Positions 30,994 to 40,092 of a stretch of DNA of 64,000 nt are shown in pieces (position 1 is the stretch's first letter; the number at the start of each line of letters is the position of its first letter). Both the position numbers and the translations under genes were made by a program. The notes beneath the pieces are model-generated. The model saw nothing but the letters and a program-made list of their open reading frames with translations. It did not search any database and was not told the origin of the DNA. This stretch comes from Bacillota bacterium (GTDB lineage: Bacteria; Bacillota; Dethiobacteria; DTU022): NCBI GenBank assembly GCA_012799185.1, contig JAAZLS010000078.1, positions 2,849-66,848 on the forward strand, given 5' to 3'.

Positions 30994-32280
30994 TTAGCTG
31001 CTCTCCCCGGGGAGAGCAGGGAAACTGCTGCGGATACGCTTTAGCCGGGCCCCCAGGCGCGTTAGCTTGGCTTCAATATCTTCATACCCGCGATAAATCT
31101 GCCCCACCCCGCTTAAAATTGTCCTACCCTGGCCCATGAAGCCGCCTACTAACATGGCGGCACCGGCCCTTAAATCGGTGGCTTTTACCGGTGCCCCGGT
31201 AAGGGGGGGTCCCCCCTCAATGATCGCCGTCCGCCCCTCCACCTTGATCTGGGCCCCCATCCGCTTTAATTCATCTACGTGGTGGAACCTGGATTCAAAT
31301 ACATTTTCTGTAATGACGCTGGTCCCCTCCGCCGCGGTTAATAGGGTCATTGCCAGTGGCTGGAGATCGGTAGGGAAGCCGGGATAGACGAAGGTCTTAA
31401 TATCTACCGGTAATAGTTGGGGCCCCCGCTTAACCCTCACCCGATCGGCCTGTAGCTCGATTTCCGCCCCGGCCTCCCGGAGCTTGGCGGCTACCGCCTC
31501 CAGGTGCTTGGGAATAACCTCTTCGATCACAATTTCCCCGTCCGTTGCCACCGCCGCAATCATAAAAGAGCCCGCCTCTATCCGGTCGGGAATAATGGTA
31601 TGGTTGGCACTAAATAGGGGCCTCCCCCCCTTGATGCGAATTACGTCGGTACCGGCCCCCTTGATCGAGGCACCCATAGCACTTAAAAAGTTAGCCGCAT
31701 CCACTATTTCCGGCTCTTTGGAGGCATTTTCAATCGTCGTCTGGCCCTCCGCCGCCGTTGCCGCCAGCATCAGGTTAATCGTGGCTCCCACGCTTACCAC
31801 ATCCAGGTAGATATGGGCCGCCTTCAACTTTTCCGCTCTCAACTTAACCAGCCCGTGCTCGATCTCAATATCGGTCCCTAAAGCGGAAAATCCCTTTAAA
31901 TGTTGATCAATCGGGCGGGGCCCAAAATCGCACCCGCCGGGAATAGGTACCTCCGCCCGCCCAAACCGGGCCAGCAGGCTACCCATAAGGTAATAAGAGG
32001 CCCTTAATTTTTTTACCATGTCATAAGGAGGGGAATAACTTCTTAACCCCGGGGATCTAAGCTCAATTGAGTTTCGGCCCCGCCGGCGTATTGACGCTCC
32101 CAAATCCTCCAGGATGGCGATCAGTACCCGGACATCTGTAATATTGGGAAGATTATGTAGCTTAACCCTTTCCTTAGTCATAATCGCAGCCGCTAATATG
32201 GCTAGCGCTGCATTTTTAGAGCCACTTATTTTTACCCGACCATGTAATTTTTGACCGCCTTCAATTATTAGCTGTTCCAT
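30994..32280 (-). CDS. murA: UDP-N-acetylglucosamine 1-carboxyvinyltransferase
   Basis: MEQLIIEGGQKLHGRVKISGSKNAALAILAA, full-length EPSP-synthase fold. Start at ATG 32280 with a GGGAGGGG RBS; the listed ORF extends 15 codons further. Confidence 0.95.
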   Translation of the reverse strand: MEQLIIEGGQKLHGRVKISGSKNAALAILAAAIMTKERVKLHNLPNITDVRVLIAILEDLGASIRRRGRNSIELRSPGLRSYSPPYDMVKKLRASYYLMGSLLARFGRAEVPIPGGCDFGPRPIDQHLKGFSALGTDIEIEHGLVKLRAEKLKAAHIYLDVVSVGATINLMLAATAAEGQTTIENASKEPEIVDAANFLSAMGASIKGAGTDVIRIKGGRPLFSANHTIIPDRIEAGSFMIAAVATDGEIVIEEVIPKHLEAVAAKLREAGAEIELQADRVRVKRGPQLLPVDIKTFVYPGFPTDLQPLAMTLLTAAEGTSVITENVFESRFHHVDELKRMGAQIKVEGRTAIIEGGPPLTGAPVKATDLRAGAAMLVGGFMGQGRTILSGVGQIYRGYEDIEAKLTRLGARLKRIRSSFPALPGESS

Positions 32281-32296
32281 TAGCCCCTCCCGTAGT

Positions 32297-33175
32297 TTAA
32301 ATTTTAGATGATCTCTCTTCCCCATCTATATTCAATCCATGTTCCAAATGACCTGTAAAGGCATTTATATAGTAGATCTGCCGGTGATCAATTATAACCC
32401 GCCAGACCGGGGGGATATCCCACTGCTCAGCCTCGTATTCTTCTGAATAAAACCCCAAGTCAATCCGGGTAATCCACCGCTCCCGGTCAGCGGGCCCCAG
32501 CTCTTCTACCAGTTTTAATACCGCTTCCGCCGAAGAGATCATTTCCAGCGGATGCTCACCGGACTGTTTAAGAAGCTTTAGCCAAAGATATTCGATCGCA
32601 GTTAAGCGCTCCCCGGTTACGGTCACCCGGATAAAACTCGAGTATAACCCCGCCCCCCCAGCATCTTGAATATAAGTAATAATTCGCTCTCCCGGGATTT
32701 CCTCCTGTAACCGATCGAATTTCACCTGAAAAAAATTAAAATTATCCTGTAAAAAGGCTTCTACTCGCCCTTTTAGCGTCTCTTCCTTCGGCTCGGAAAG
32801 CTCCAGGGGAATTCCAGGGATATAATGGATTACTGTTCGCCCCCCGGGATAAAGGTGAACCTGCCTCCCGGCACAATGGTATATATCCGCCTCCTCTCCG
32901 GCAATGAAGGAATAGGTTTCATCGGCCGATGGGGTGCGATCGGCCAAGGAGGGGGCCACGGTGATAAATGTCCCCGTCCGTACCTCCCGGTCCAGGGGGA
33001 GGGCGAGCCTGTATCCGGCGTCTTCAATATGTTTTTCAATCTGCCGCAATTCTTTCACCGGCAGGCTGCCGGACTGGAGTCTTTTCAGATCGGGCAGAAA
33101 CAGGTTGTATATTAAAAAAAGGTTTAGGCTTAAAAAGGCCACGATTAAGGCGACCTTAGCCCGGCCGGTATTCAT
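32297..33175 (-). CDS. yycI: YycI (WalI)-like regulator of the WalK kinase
   Basis: About 290 aa with an N-terminal TM anchor. Occupies the yycI position directly downstream of the yycH-like gene with an ATGA overlap. Assigned by synteny and size only; sequence conservation in this family is weak. Confidence 0.45.
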   Translation of the reverse strand: MNTGRAKVALIVAFLSLNLFLIYNLFLPDLKRLQSGSLPVKELRQIEKHIEDAGYRLALPLDREVRTGTFITVAPSLADRTPSADETYSFIAGEEADIYHCAGRQVHLYPGGRTVIHYIPGIPLELSEPKEETLKGRVEAFLQDNFNFFQVKFDRLQEEIPGERIITYIQDAGGAGLYSSFIRVTVTGERLTAIEYLWLKLLKQSGEHPLEMISSAEAVLKLVEELGPADRERWITRIDLGFYSEEYEAEQWDIPPVWRVIIDHRQIYYINAFTGHLEHGLNIDGEERSSKI

Positions 33176-34506
33176 TGGTCACCCCCCTCGAACGGGGTCA
33201 GATCCTCGGCCTGTAGCAAAATTTGTTTCCCGTTAATTATTACTTGCCAGGCCGGCACGGCGACCGGTTGATAAGACGGACCGCCTTTAACGTAGTACAC
33301 CAGGTCTATCGCCTCTAGGGCCGGGGGGCTTGTTTCCCCATAGAGCCGGTCATAAAAATCGGTTGCCTCCTCTAATGCTGACGACCAGGAAGCAACTTGA
33401 TAAAGCCTTTCACCGAGCGAGCGAACCGTATAAACGAGGCGGCAATACTCTACCAAGCCGCTGCTGGTAAAGACCAGGGAGAGGGCTGGGTTGCTCCCCA
33501 CCAGGGGATAGCCTTTCCAGTAGTACTCCCAGCAAGCCCGGCCTACCCGGTAGCCATCTTCACTATGAATAATCAGCTGTTTCAGACGGAGCTCCGCCGG
33601 CCACCCCCCGTAAGAACAGATATATTTGTTACAGGCATTAAGAGCCGATAGGTAGGCAAGGGGGGTAAGACTTTTCTCCCGAATCGGATCGGAGAACTCC
33701 ATCCCCTTCTTTATACGCAACCCCTTGGTTCCATCCGTATAAATAACCGCCCCGGCCTTCTCCTGGATTTTACGCACCAGGTTGCGATCAACGAAAAATG
33801 CATCGACCAGGCTCTCCCGATCCAGATTTTCCTGTACTAGGACCAGCTCCGGCAATACTGGCGGTGATAGGGGAACAACCAACTCCTCCCCTCCGCTTAG
33901 CCGATCGGATAGCACGGTATCCGGCAACTCCGGGGCCAACAATATATAAGGGGTAGAATCCGCGAAGGCGGCCTCCCCGAACAGGGTGGCCAATCGACCG
34001 GGCAGCTTCAGGGCCATCGCATCGCCGCCAGATTTCTCCTGTAAAATTGCCCAGGACTCCTCTCCATCAAGCCACAGTTCTAACTTCGCCAACTCCCGAT
34101 AACGATCCTCTTGCAACCAGGGGGTACCCGCCCCCACCGGTAAGGGGGGATTAAACCAGATTTTTAGGCCGGCCCCGGTCTCTCCCAAGGATTCGCGGGC
34201 CCGGTACTCGTACTTGGTCAGGGCCTGCAAGGCCAGGGAAATCTCCTCCCAGGCCAAGTTAAAGTTTTCCTGCCCATAGCGCAACAGATAAAAACCGTCC
34301 CCATCCCCCGACTCAACCAGAATCCGCTCCGGGGTAATAGTATCCTCCAGGGGCCGGGGCAGTTCAAAGAAAACCTTTTCCGGCACTTTTTCATCGAGCG
34401 GCTCTACCTGGCGGGAGGGATGGTGGCCATACCAAAGCCGGTAGGTTAACAACAGGCTGGAGAAAACCAACAATGCCAACAAAAAAGTAGTTAACTTTTG
34501 TTTCAC
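33172..34506 (-). CDS. yycH: YycH (WalH)-like regulator of the WalK kinase
   Basis: About 445 aa with an N-terminal TM anchor, immediately downstream of walK. TAAGGAGG RBS 5 nt before GTG 34506; the listed ORF extends to 34596. Assigned by synteny and size. Confidence 0.45.
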   Translation of the reverse strand: MKQKLTTFLLALLVFSSLLLTYRLWYGHHPSRQVEPLDEKVPEKVFFELPRPLEDTITPERILVESGDGDGFYLLRYGQENFNLAWEEISLALQALTKYEYRARESLGETGAGLKIWFNPPLPVGAGTPWLQEDRYRELAKLELWLDGEESWAILQEKSGGDAMALKLPGRLATLFGEAAFADSTPYILLAPELPDTVLSDRLSGGEELVVPLSPPVLPELVLVQENLDRESLVDAFFVDRNLVRKIQEKAGAVIYTDGTKGLRIKKGMEFSDPIREKSLTPLAYLSALNACNKYICSYGGWPAELRLKQLIIHSEDGYRVGRACWEYYWKGYPLVGSNPALSLVFTSSGLVEYCRLVYTVRSLGERLYQVASWSSALEEATDFYDRLYGETSPPALEAIDLVYYVKGGPSYQPVAVPAWQVIINGKQILLQAEDLTPFEGGDQ

Positions 34507-34519
34507 CCCGGCCTCCTTA

Positions 34520-36289
34520 CTAAACCTGTACCGGAAGGGTAAACCAGATCGTTGTCCCTTCCCCCAATATGCTATCGGCCCCGATATCGCCGCCATGGGC
34601 CTCTACAATCTTACGGGCGATCGAGAGCCCGAGGCCGGTCCCCCCATAATCCCGGGATCGATTCTTCTCTACCCGGTAAAACCTTTCAAATAACCGGGGT
34701 AAATCTTCCCCCGGTATACCGATCCCGTTATCGGCAACAACTATCTTGACAAAACCCGGCTGCAACGATGCTTCAACCCGTACTTTTCCCGAAGGGGGAG
34801 TATAATGAACCGCATTATTAATAATATTATTGACCACCTGCATAACCCGGCGCCGATCCAGGGCCACCCTTGGTAGATGCCCGGGAAAATCCAGCAAGAT
34901 CTCGGGTAGGTTTTCCTGGCTCTGCTGGATATAGTCCACTGCCTCCCGGACCAGATCGGCCAGGCTTACCCGGACCCGGTGCAGCTCCACCTGCCGGGAA
35001 TCCAATAGGGAGAGAACCAATAAATCCTTAACAAGCCGGACCATACGATCGGTCTCTTTCTCCAGGACCTTTAGAAATCGATAGCGTAACTCCCGATCAC
35101 CGGTAGCCCCATCTAACAAGGCCTCCACGTAACTCTTGATCGTAGTCAAGGGGGTACGGAGCTCATGGGAGACATCGGCTACAAATTCCTGCTGGAGGCG
35201 AATCAACTCTTTCTCCTTGGTAACATCGTGAATAACAATCAGGGTTCCACCGATCTGCCCCTTTTCCTGTTGAAAGGGGGCCAGCTGAACCTGGTAGACC
35301 CCCGGTGGCTGCCGGCGAACCACCTCGAAATTAGCCGGCTCTCCCCGATTATCCAGTAGTCCATCAGCGGGGGAGCCCACAAATTGTTTCAGCCTCTCTA
35401 TTCCCAAACTCCCCGATTCCAGCCGGTCAACCGCCGGCGCGGCGATTATTTTCCGGGCAGCCGGATTAATATGAATCATATTGCCGTGGGAATCAAGGGC
35501 AATCACCCCATCGTTCATATAGTTAATTATGGCCTCAACCTTACTTTTTTCTGTAGATATCTCTTCCAGGTTTTGGCTTAAACGCGTGGAAAGATAATTA
35601 AAAGAACGGCCCAGCTGGCCAATCTCATCCCCGGATACAACCTGGATCTTCCGGGTAAAATCCCCCCGGGCCATTTTCTCCGCCGTTTTAGTAACCTCTA
35701 GAATCGGGGCAGTGATTGTACCGGTTAAAATTAAACCCAGGACCAGCCCGATAGCCAAAACAATTGTCGACCCGGTAATCAAGGTTAATTTAATCTGGTT
35801 TAGGGTACTATCCACGCTCTTTAAGGAGCCTCCCAGGTAAATCAAGCCGGTTGTGCTGCCCCGGCTGGCCAGTGGTACCGCCAGGTAGTAGCGCCTCTCC
35901 CGGGTAGACGGATCTGTTCTCACCACGCCGCTGGTAGTATTAGAGAGCGCCGCCATAACCTCCTCCCGGATTAACCGGCTGCCAATAACCTCCTGGCTGC
36001 CAGAGGAACCTACCACCTGGGCATTACTGTCTAGGACCATTATATCCATCTCCCAGAGGCCCCGGAGTTCCCTAGTCAGATGGGCAATATCTTCTGTGCT
36101 CCGCTCTTCTAACGGCCGGGGAGCGATAAAGGTTGAGATCAACTTGGCCTGGTTCTCCAGGTTCTCTTTATAGCTGTCCAGGTAATACCGCTCCAGATCC
36201 TGAACCAGATAAACCCCGATTAACTGCAATGTAAAAAGTAATAGAAGAGAGTAAATTAACACGATCTTCCACTGCAGGCTTTTAAGCAT
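34520..36289 (-). CDS. walK: Cell-wall homeostasis sensor histidine kinase WalK (YycG)
   Basis: Two TM helices flanking an extracytoplasmic domain, then HAMP, PAS, HisKA (ADVSHELRTPLTTI) and HATPase (GGTGLGLSIARKIVEAHGG). The start overlaps the walR stop. Confidence 0.85.
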   Translation of the reverse strand: MLKSLQWKIVLIYSLLLLFTLQLIGVYLVQDLERYYLDSYKENLENQAKLISTFIAPRPLEERSTEDIAHLTRELRGLWEMDIMVLDSNAQVVGSSGSQEVIGSRLIREEVMAALSNTTSGVVRTDPSTRERRYYLAVPLASRGSTTGLIYLGGSLKSVDSTLNQIKLTLITGSTIVLAIGLVLGLILTGTITAPILEVTKTAEKMARGDFTRKIQVVSGDEIGQLGRSFNYLSTRLSQNLEEISTEKSKVEAIINYMNDGVIALDSHGNMIHINPAARKIIAAPAVDRLESGSLGIERLKQFVGSPADGLLDNRGEPANFEVVRRQPPGVYQVQLAPFQQEKGQIGGTLIVIHDVTKEKELIRLQQEFVADVSHELRTPLTTIKSYVEALLDGATGDRELRYRFLKVLEKETDRMVRLVKDLLVLSLLDSRQVELHRVRVSLADLVREAVDYIQQSQENLPEILLDFPGHLPRVALDRRRVMQVVNNIINNAVHYTPPSGKVRVEASLQPGFVKIVVADNGIGIPGEDLPRLFERFYRVEKNRSRDYGGTGLGLSIARKIVEAHGGDIGADSILGEGTTIWFTLPVQV

Positions 36290-36983
36290 CGGGGCTCTCC
36301 TTAAAATAATAGCCAACCCCCCGCCGGGTATAGATATACACCGGCTCCGCCGGATCCGGTTCTATTTTTTCGCGAAGACGCCTCACGGTAACATCCACCG
36401 TCCGTTCGTCCAGCATGTAGTCGTAACCCCATACCTCATCGAGAAGTTGCTGCCGGCTAAACACGTGCCCCGGACGCCGCATCAGGTAGACCAGCAGCTC
36501 AAACTCCCGGTAGGTTAGATCAACCGATTGCCCGGAACGGAAAACCTCCATTCGATCAAAATCAACCGACAACAGGCCGCAGCGCAGCCGCTTTGATTGT
36601 TCCACCTTCGGCAGGGATACTTGGGAGCGCCGAAGGACAGCTTTTACCCGGGCCGCCACCTCCCGGGCACTAAAGGGCTTGGTCACATAATCATCGGCCC
36701 CCAACTCCAGCCCAAGAACCTTATCGATCTCCGTTTCCCGGGCCGAAAGCATAATAATGGGGACCTGTCTGGTAGTGCGAATCTCGCGGCATACCGTAAA
36801 GCCATCCTTCTTCGGCAGCATGATATCGAGGATAATCAGATCCGGCTGCTCTTTTGCAACCAGGTCCAGGGCCTCCGGACCATCAAAAGCCAGGATTACC
36901 TCGAATCCTTCTTTCTCAAGATTATATTTTAAAATTTCAGCAATCGGCCGCTCGTCATCTACAACTAGAATTTTCTCAGCCAT
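36282..36983 (-). CDS. walR: OmpR-family response regulator WalR (YycF)
   Basis: Very high similarity to B. subtilis WalR: KILVVDDERPIAEILKYNLEKEGFEV, LIILDIMLPKKDGFTVCREIR, winged-helix C-terminus. Confidence 0.9.
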   Translation of the reverse strand: MAEKILVVDDERPIAEILKYNLEKEGFEVILAFDGPEALDLVAKEQPDLIILDIMLPKKDGFTVCREIRTTRQVPIIMLSARETEIDKVLGLELGADDYVTKPFSAREVAARVKAVLRRSQVSLPKVEQSKRLRCGLLSVDFDRMEVFRSGQSVDLTYREFELLVYLMRRPGHVFSRQQLLDEVWGYDYMLDERTVDVTVRRLREKIEPDPAEPVYIYTRRGVGYYFKESPDA

Positions 36984-37077
36984 CTCGCCCGCCCATTCCT
37001 AACAATCATAATTATGTAATCTTTTCGCCCCGCTATTAAGGATCTCCTGCTGATACCGGTTGAAGCCGGTACAGAAG

Positions 37078-37104
37078 AAAGCCCTTTCGTTGAACGAAAG
37101 GGCT
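37078..37104. terminator. Bidirectional-type hairpin terminator between the M23 peptidase gene and the walR promoter region
   Basis: Perfect 9-bp stem GCCCTTTCG-ttgaa-CGAAAGGGC. On the minus strand it is followed by TTTCTTCTG. Confidence 0.5.
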
Positions 37105-37120
37105 CGCCGTAAAATTTATC

Positions 37121-38551
37121 CTAGGGATGAAAATAATTGAGGGGATCAACCGGGGGATTACTGTCCCAGGAGGACCACCGGCCGCTGCCATCGCTGCGCC
37201 GGATTTCAAAGTGAAGGTGGACCCCGGTAGAGCGCCCCGTGGCGCCCATATAGGCAATGGTCTCTCCTTTGTTAACCACCCTACCGGTTGAAACCAGGAT
37301 CCGGCAGGTATGCAGGTAAACCGTATAATAATCACCATGGTAGAGAATGAGATATTTCCCCAAACTACCCCGGTTGCCCGTCTGCACCACCACGCCGCTA
37401 TCGGCGGCCAATATGGGAGTACTGGTCCCGGCGGCCGAAGAGATATCAATACCCCGGTGGGCGTACCCCCTAAAACCCTGGGTAATCCTACCACCGCGGT
37501 CAACACTGTAGGGGATGGGCCAGATAAACTGGCCGGTACCGTACGAAGGAACCCGGGCAGTCCCCCGTTCAATAACCCGGCTTACCGGTTGTTCTAATAC
37601 CGATTCGGAAATTTTCTTACGTTCTACCTCCCGGCCGTTCTCCCGGGTAACATGATAAACCACCTTCTTGCTACCCGGCTCACCCGGGGTAACAACCTTT
37701 GATTGCACGTTCCACAATTTGTCGGTCCATCGGTAGCTGGTAGAATAAGGAACCGGCTCTAGCTGCTCAACCTCCTCAACCGTAATTACATGCACCTGCG
37801 GTAGCTCCTCCGCCGCCTTTTCCGCCCCGTCATCGTCGGTCGGCTGCATTTCGTAGCGTTGGGCAAAACTGTTCCCCCGGGAGAGAGTATAAATTTCCCG
37901 GCGCGCCGTACCCCCGGCGAGCATACGGGCCGCCTCTTCTGCCGGGTAGATCTCCTCCGGCCTAACCCGGCATTCCGCCCCTTCCAGTTCCTCCGCCAGC
38001 TTAACCTCCAGCAACCTGTTCCCCGCACTCTGACCGGCGTAACTATCACCCAACAGCTCAACTATACTCTCTACTTCCCCCTGATCCCTTACCGGCACTA
38101 TCGGCTGCCCATCCACGGTAAGCATCGCCGCCCCGGTAACCATGGTCAACTGTTGCCGCAGCCTCTCTTTAACCCGCGGCAGGTTATCCGTGCCATGGGG
38201 TCGGTATTCCCGGCAACAGACCACCTCCTGGAGAGGCGTCACCGGCATACGATAGAGAAGGGTGCATTTTTCGACAAGAGAGCCGACAAACTCTTCCACC
38301 TCTTGGGACTCCCGCACCAGGCCGATCTCCCTGCCATCCACCAGCACCACCTGGAAAAAACTTTGCCGGTAAGCCAAGAGCCCCATCACCGCCCCTACCA
38401 AGAGAGAGACCGTGGTTATGTAGACAGCCCAATGTAACCTCTTACCCTTTAACCAAAAGAACCATTTCCGAAAGACACTGTAACGGAAAACCTTGCCTAG
38501 CTTAACCGCCAGTGCCTGTAGCCATGGAAAATCATCCCCGACCTTCATCAA
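37121..38551 (-). CDS. M23 family metallopeptidase (membrane-anchored)
   Basis: N-terminal TM anchor, long linker, C-terminal M23 motifs (HRGIDISS, GVHLHFEIR). Confidence 0.8.
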   Translation of the reverse strand: MMKVGDDFPWLQALAVKLGKVFRYSVFRKWFFWLKGKRLHWAVYITTVSLLVGAVMGLLAYRQSFFQVVLVDGREIGLVRESQEVEEFVGSLVEKCTLLYRMPVTPLQEVVCCREYRPHGTDNLPRVKERLRQQLTMVTGAAMLTVDGQPIVPVRDQGEVESIVELLGDSYAGQSAGNRLLEVKLAEELEGAECRVRPEEIYPAEEAARMLAGGTARREIYTLSRGNSFAQRYEMQPTDDDGAEKAAEELPQVHVITVEEVEQLEPVPYSTSYRWTDKLWNVQSKVVTPGEPGSKKVVYHVTRENGREVERKKISESVLEQPVSRVIERGTARVPSYGTGQFIWPIPYSVDRGGRITQGFRGYAHRGIDISSAAGTSTPILAADSGVVVQTGNRGSLGKYLILYHGDYYTVYLHTCRILVSTGRVVNKGETIAYMGATGRSTGVHLHFEIRRSDGSGRWSSWDSNPPVDPLNYFHP

Positions 38552-38728
38552 TTACCTCCTTTACGGATGCCAAGAGGTTGCTAATAAAGACCTGGCCTGC
38601 CCAAGAATATTAAGCCTACTTCTGGTTCTTTCCGCCAAAATCCTGCCGTCGCTAATATTACTTTCCGATTACGGTTAGATCCCCTCCCGGCAGCTATTAT
38701 TAACCTGCCGAAGATTATTTTATGCACC

Positions 38729-40090
38729 TTAGCCCCCCACCGCAGAGTCGGGCTCACCCTCTTTCCCCCGGGCAATATTGGCAAATTTGCCGTAACGATC
38801 GTGGAAATAGAGCTCCACCGTGCCGGTAGGGCCGTTTCTCTGCTTGGCCACGATAAGCTCGGCTAAATTACCATCCTCCGCATCCCGAGTATAATAAGCT
38901 TCGCGGTAGATAAAGAGAACCATGTCGGCATTAGCCTCGATCCCCCCCGATTCCATGAGATCGCTTAATATCGGCCGGCGATCCGGTCTCTTTTCCACGG
39001 CCCGGCTTAACTGGGAAAGGGCTACCACCGGCACATTAAGCTCCTTGGCTAACGCTTTTAAAGAGCGGGAAATTTCAGAGAGTTCTTGTTGCCGGTTCTC
39101 AGCCCGACTAGAACCCCTCATCAGCTGAAGGTAATCTACAAAGATTGCGTCCAGGCCCTTCTCCGCTTTTAAACGCCGGGCCTTGGAGCGTAGCTCCATA
39201 ACCGATAGGGAGGCGGTATCGTCAATATAGAGCGGTGCCGTGCTTAGCGGCCCTACCGCCCGGGTGAGCTTCTGCCAATCCTGCTGGCTTAAAAAACCGC
39301 GGCGCAAGTTTTGGGCATCAATGTGGGCCTGCGCAGAGAGAAGCCGCTGGGCCAACTGCTCCTTGGCCATCTCCAGGCTAAAAAAGGCAACCGCCTTCTC
39401 TTCGTTAACCGCTATATGCTGGGCAATATTTAAAGCAAGGGTGGTTTTACCCATACCGGGCCGGGCCGCCACGATAATCAGGTCTGCCTCCTGTAGACCA
39501 GCACTAATATGATCTAGATCGGTAAAGCCGGAAGAGAGACCGGTTACCCCTTTTTTATGGTCATATAATTTTTCAATCCGCTCAAAGGTCCGCACCAGGA
39601 CCTCTTTTAGGGGGGAGAAGCCTTGGCGCTTGCCGCGGCGCCCCACCTCAAATATTTTCTGTTCCGCCCGGTCCAGAAGCTCATCTACATCCTGGGGAGA
39701 GCCAAAACCGGCGGAGATAATCTGCGTGCAACCGCTAATCAGTGCCCTAAGTATAGCCTTTTCCCTGACAATTTCCGCATAATACTGTACGTTGGCCGCC
39801 GTGGGGACCACGTCGGCCAGTAGGACCAGGTACTGCATGCCACCGGCCTCTTGCAAACCTTTTCTGCCCCTGAGTTCGTCGGATAGGGTTATTAAATCGA
39901 CCGGTTCCCCCCGATCACACAAGGAAATAATGGCTTCAAATATTTTTTGGTGCGCCGACCGATAAAAGTCCTCCCCTGTTAAAAGCTCCGAAGCAGTATA
40001 GATCGCCTCTTTATCGATCAACATTGAACCCAACACCGACTGCTCGGCCTCCAAGTTTTGTGGAGGAACCCGTTCTCCAACAGTAGCCAT
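38729..40090 (-). CDS. dnaB: Replicative DNA helicase (DnaB family; DnaC in Bacillus nomenclature)
   Basis: NLEAEQSVLGSMLID N-terminus, Walker A GMGKTT, H4 motif. 453 aa. Confidence 0.95.
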   Translation of the reverse strand: MATVGERVPPQNLEAEQSVLGSMLIDKEAIYTASELLTGEDFYRSAHQKIFEAIISLCDRGEPVDLITLSDELRGRKGLQEAGGMQYLVLLADVVPTAANVQYYAEIVREKAILRALISGCTQIISAGFGSPQDVDELLDRAEQKIFEVGRRGKRQGFSPLKEVLVRTFERIEKLYDHKKGVTGLSSGFTDLDHISAGLQEADLIIVAARPGMGKTTLALNIAQHIAVNEEKAVAFFSLEMAKEQLAQRLLSAQAHIDAQNLRRGFLSQQDWQKLTRAVGPLSTAPLYIDDTASLSVMELRSKARRLKAEKGLDAIFVDYLQLMRGSSRAENRQQELSEISRSLKALAKELNVPVVALSQLSRAVEKRPDRRPILSDLMESGGIEANADMVLFIYREAYYTRDAEDGNLAELIVAKQRNGPTGTVELYFHDRYGKFANIARGKEGEPDSAVGG

Positions 40091-40092
40091 CC

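Noticed and set aside
37036-37572. 178-aa minus-strand ORF overlapping the 3' half of the M23 peptidase gene in another frame
   Set aside because: The M23 frame carries the conserved catalytic motifs. This frame gives a Pro/Gly/Trp-rich product with no recognisable features.
37859-38437. 192-aa plus-strand ORF antisense to the M23 peptidase gene
   Set aside because: His/Pro/Arg-rich composition, no RBS, and entirely inside a supported CDS.
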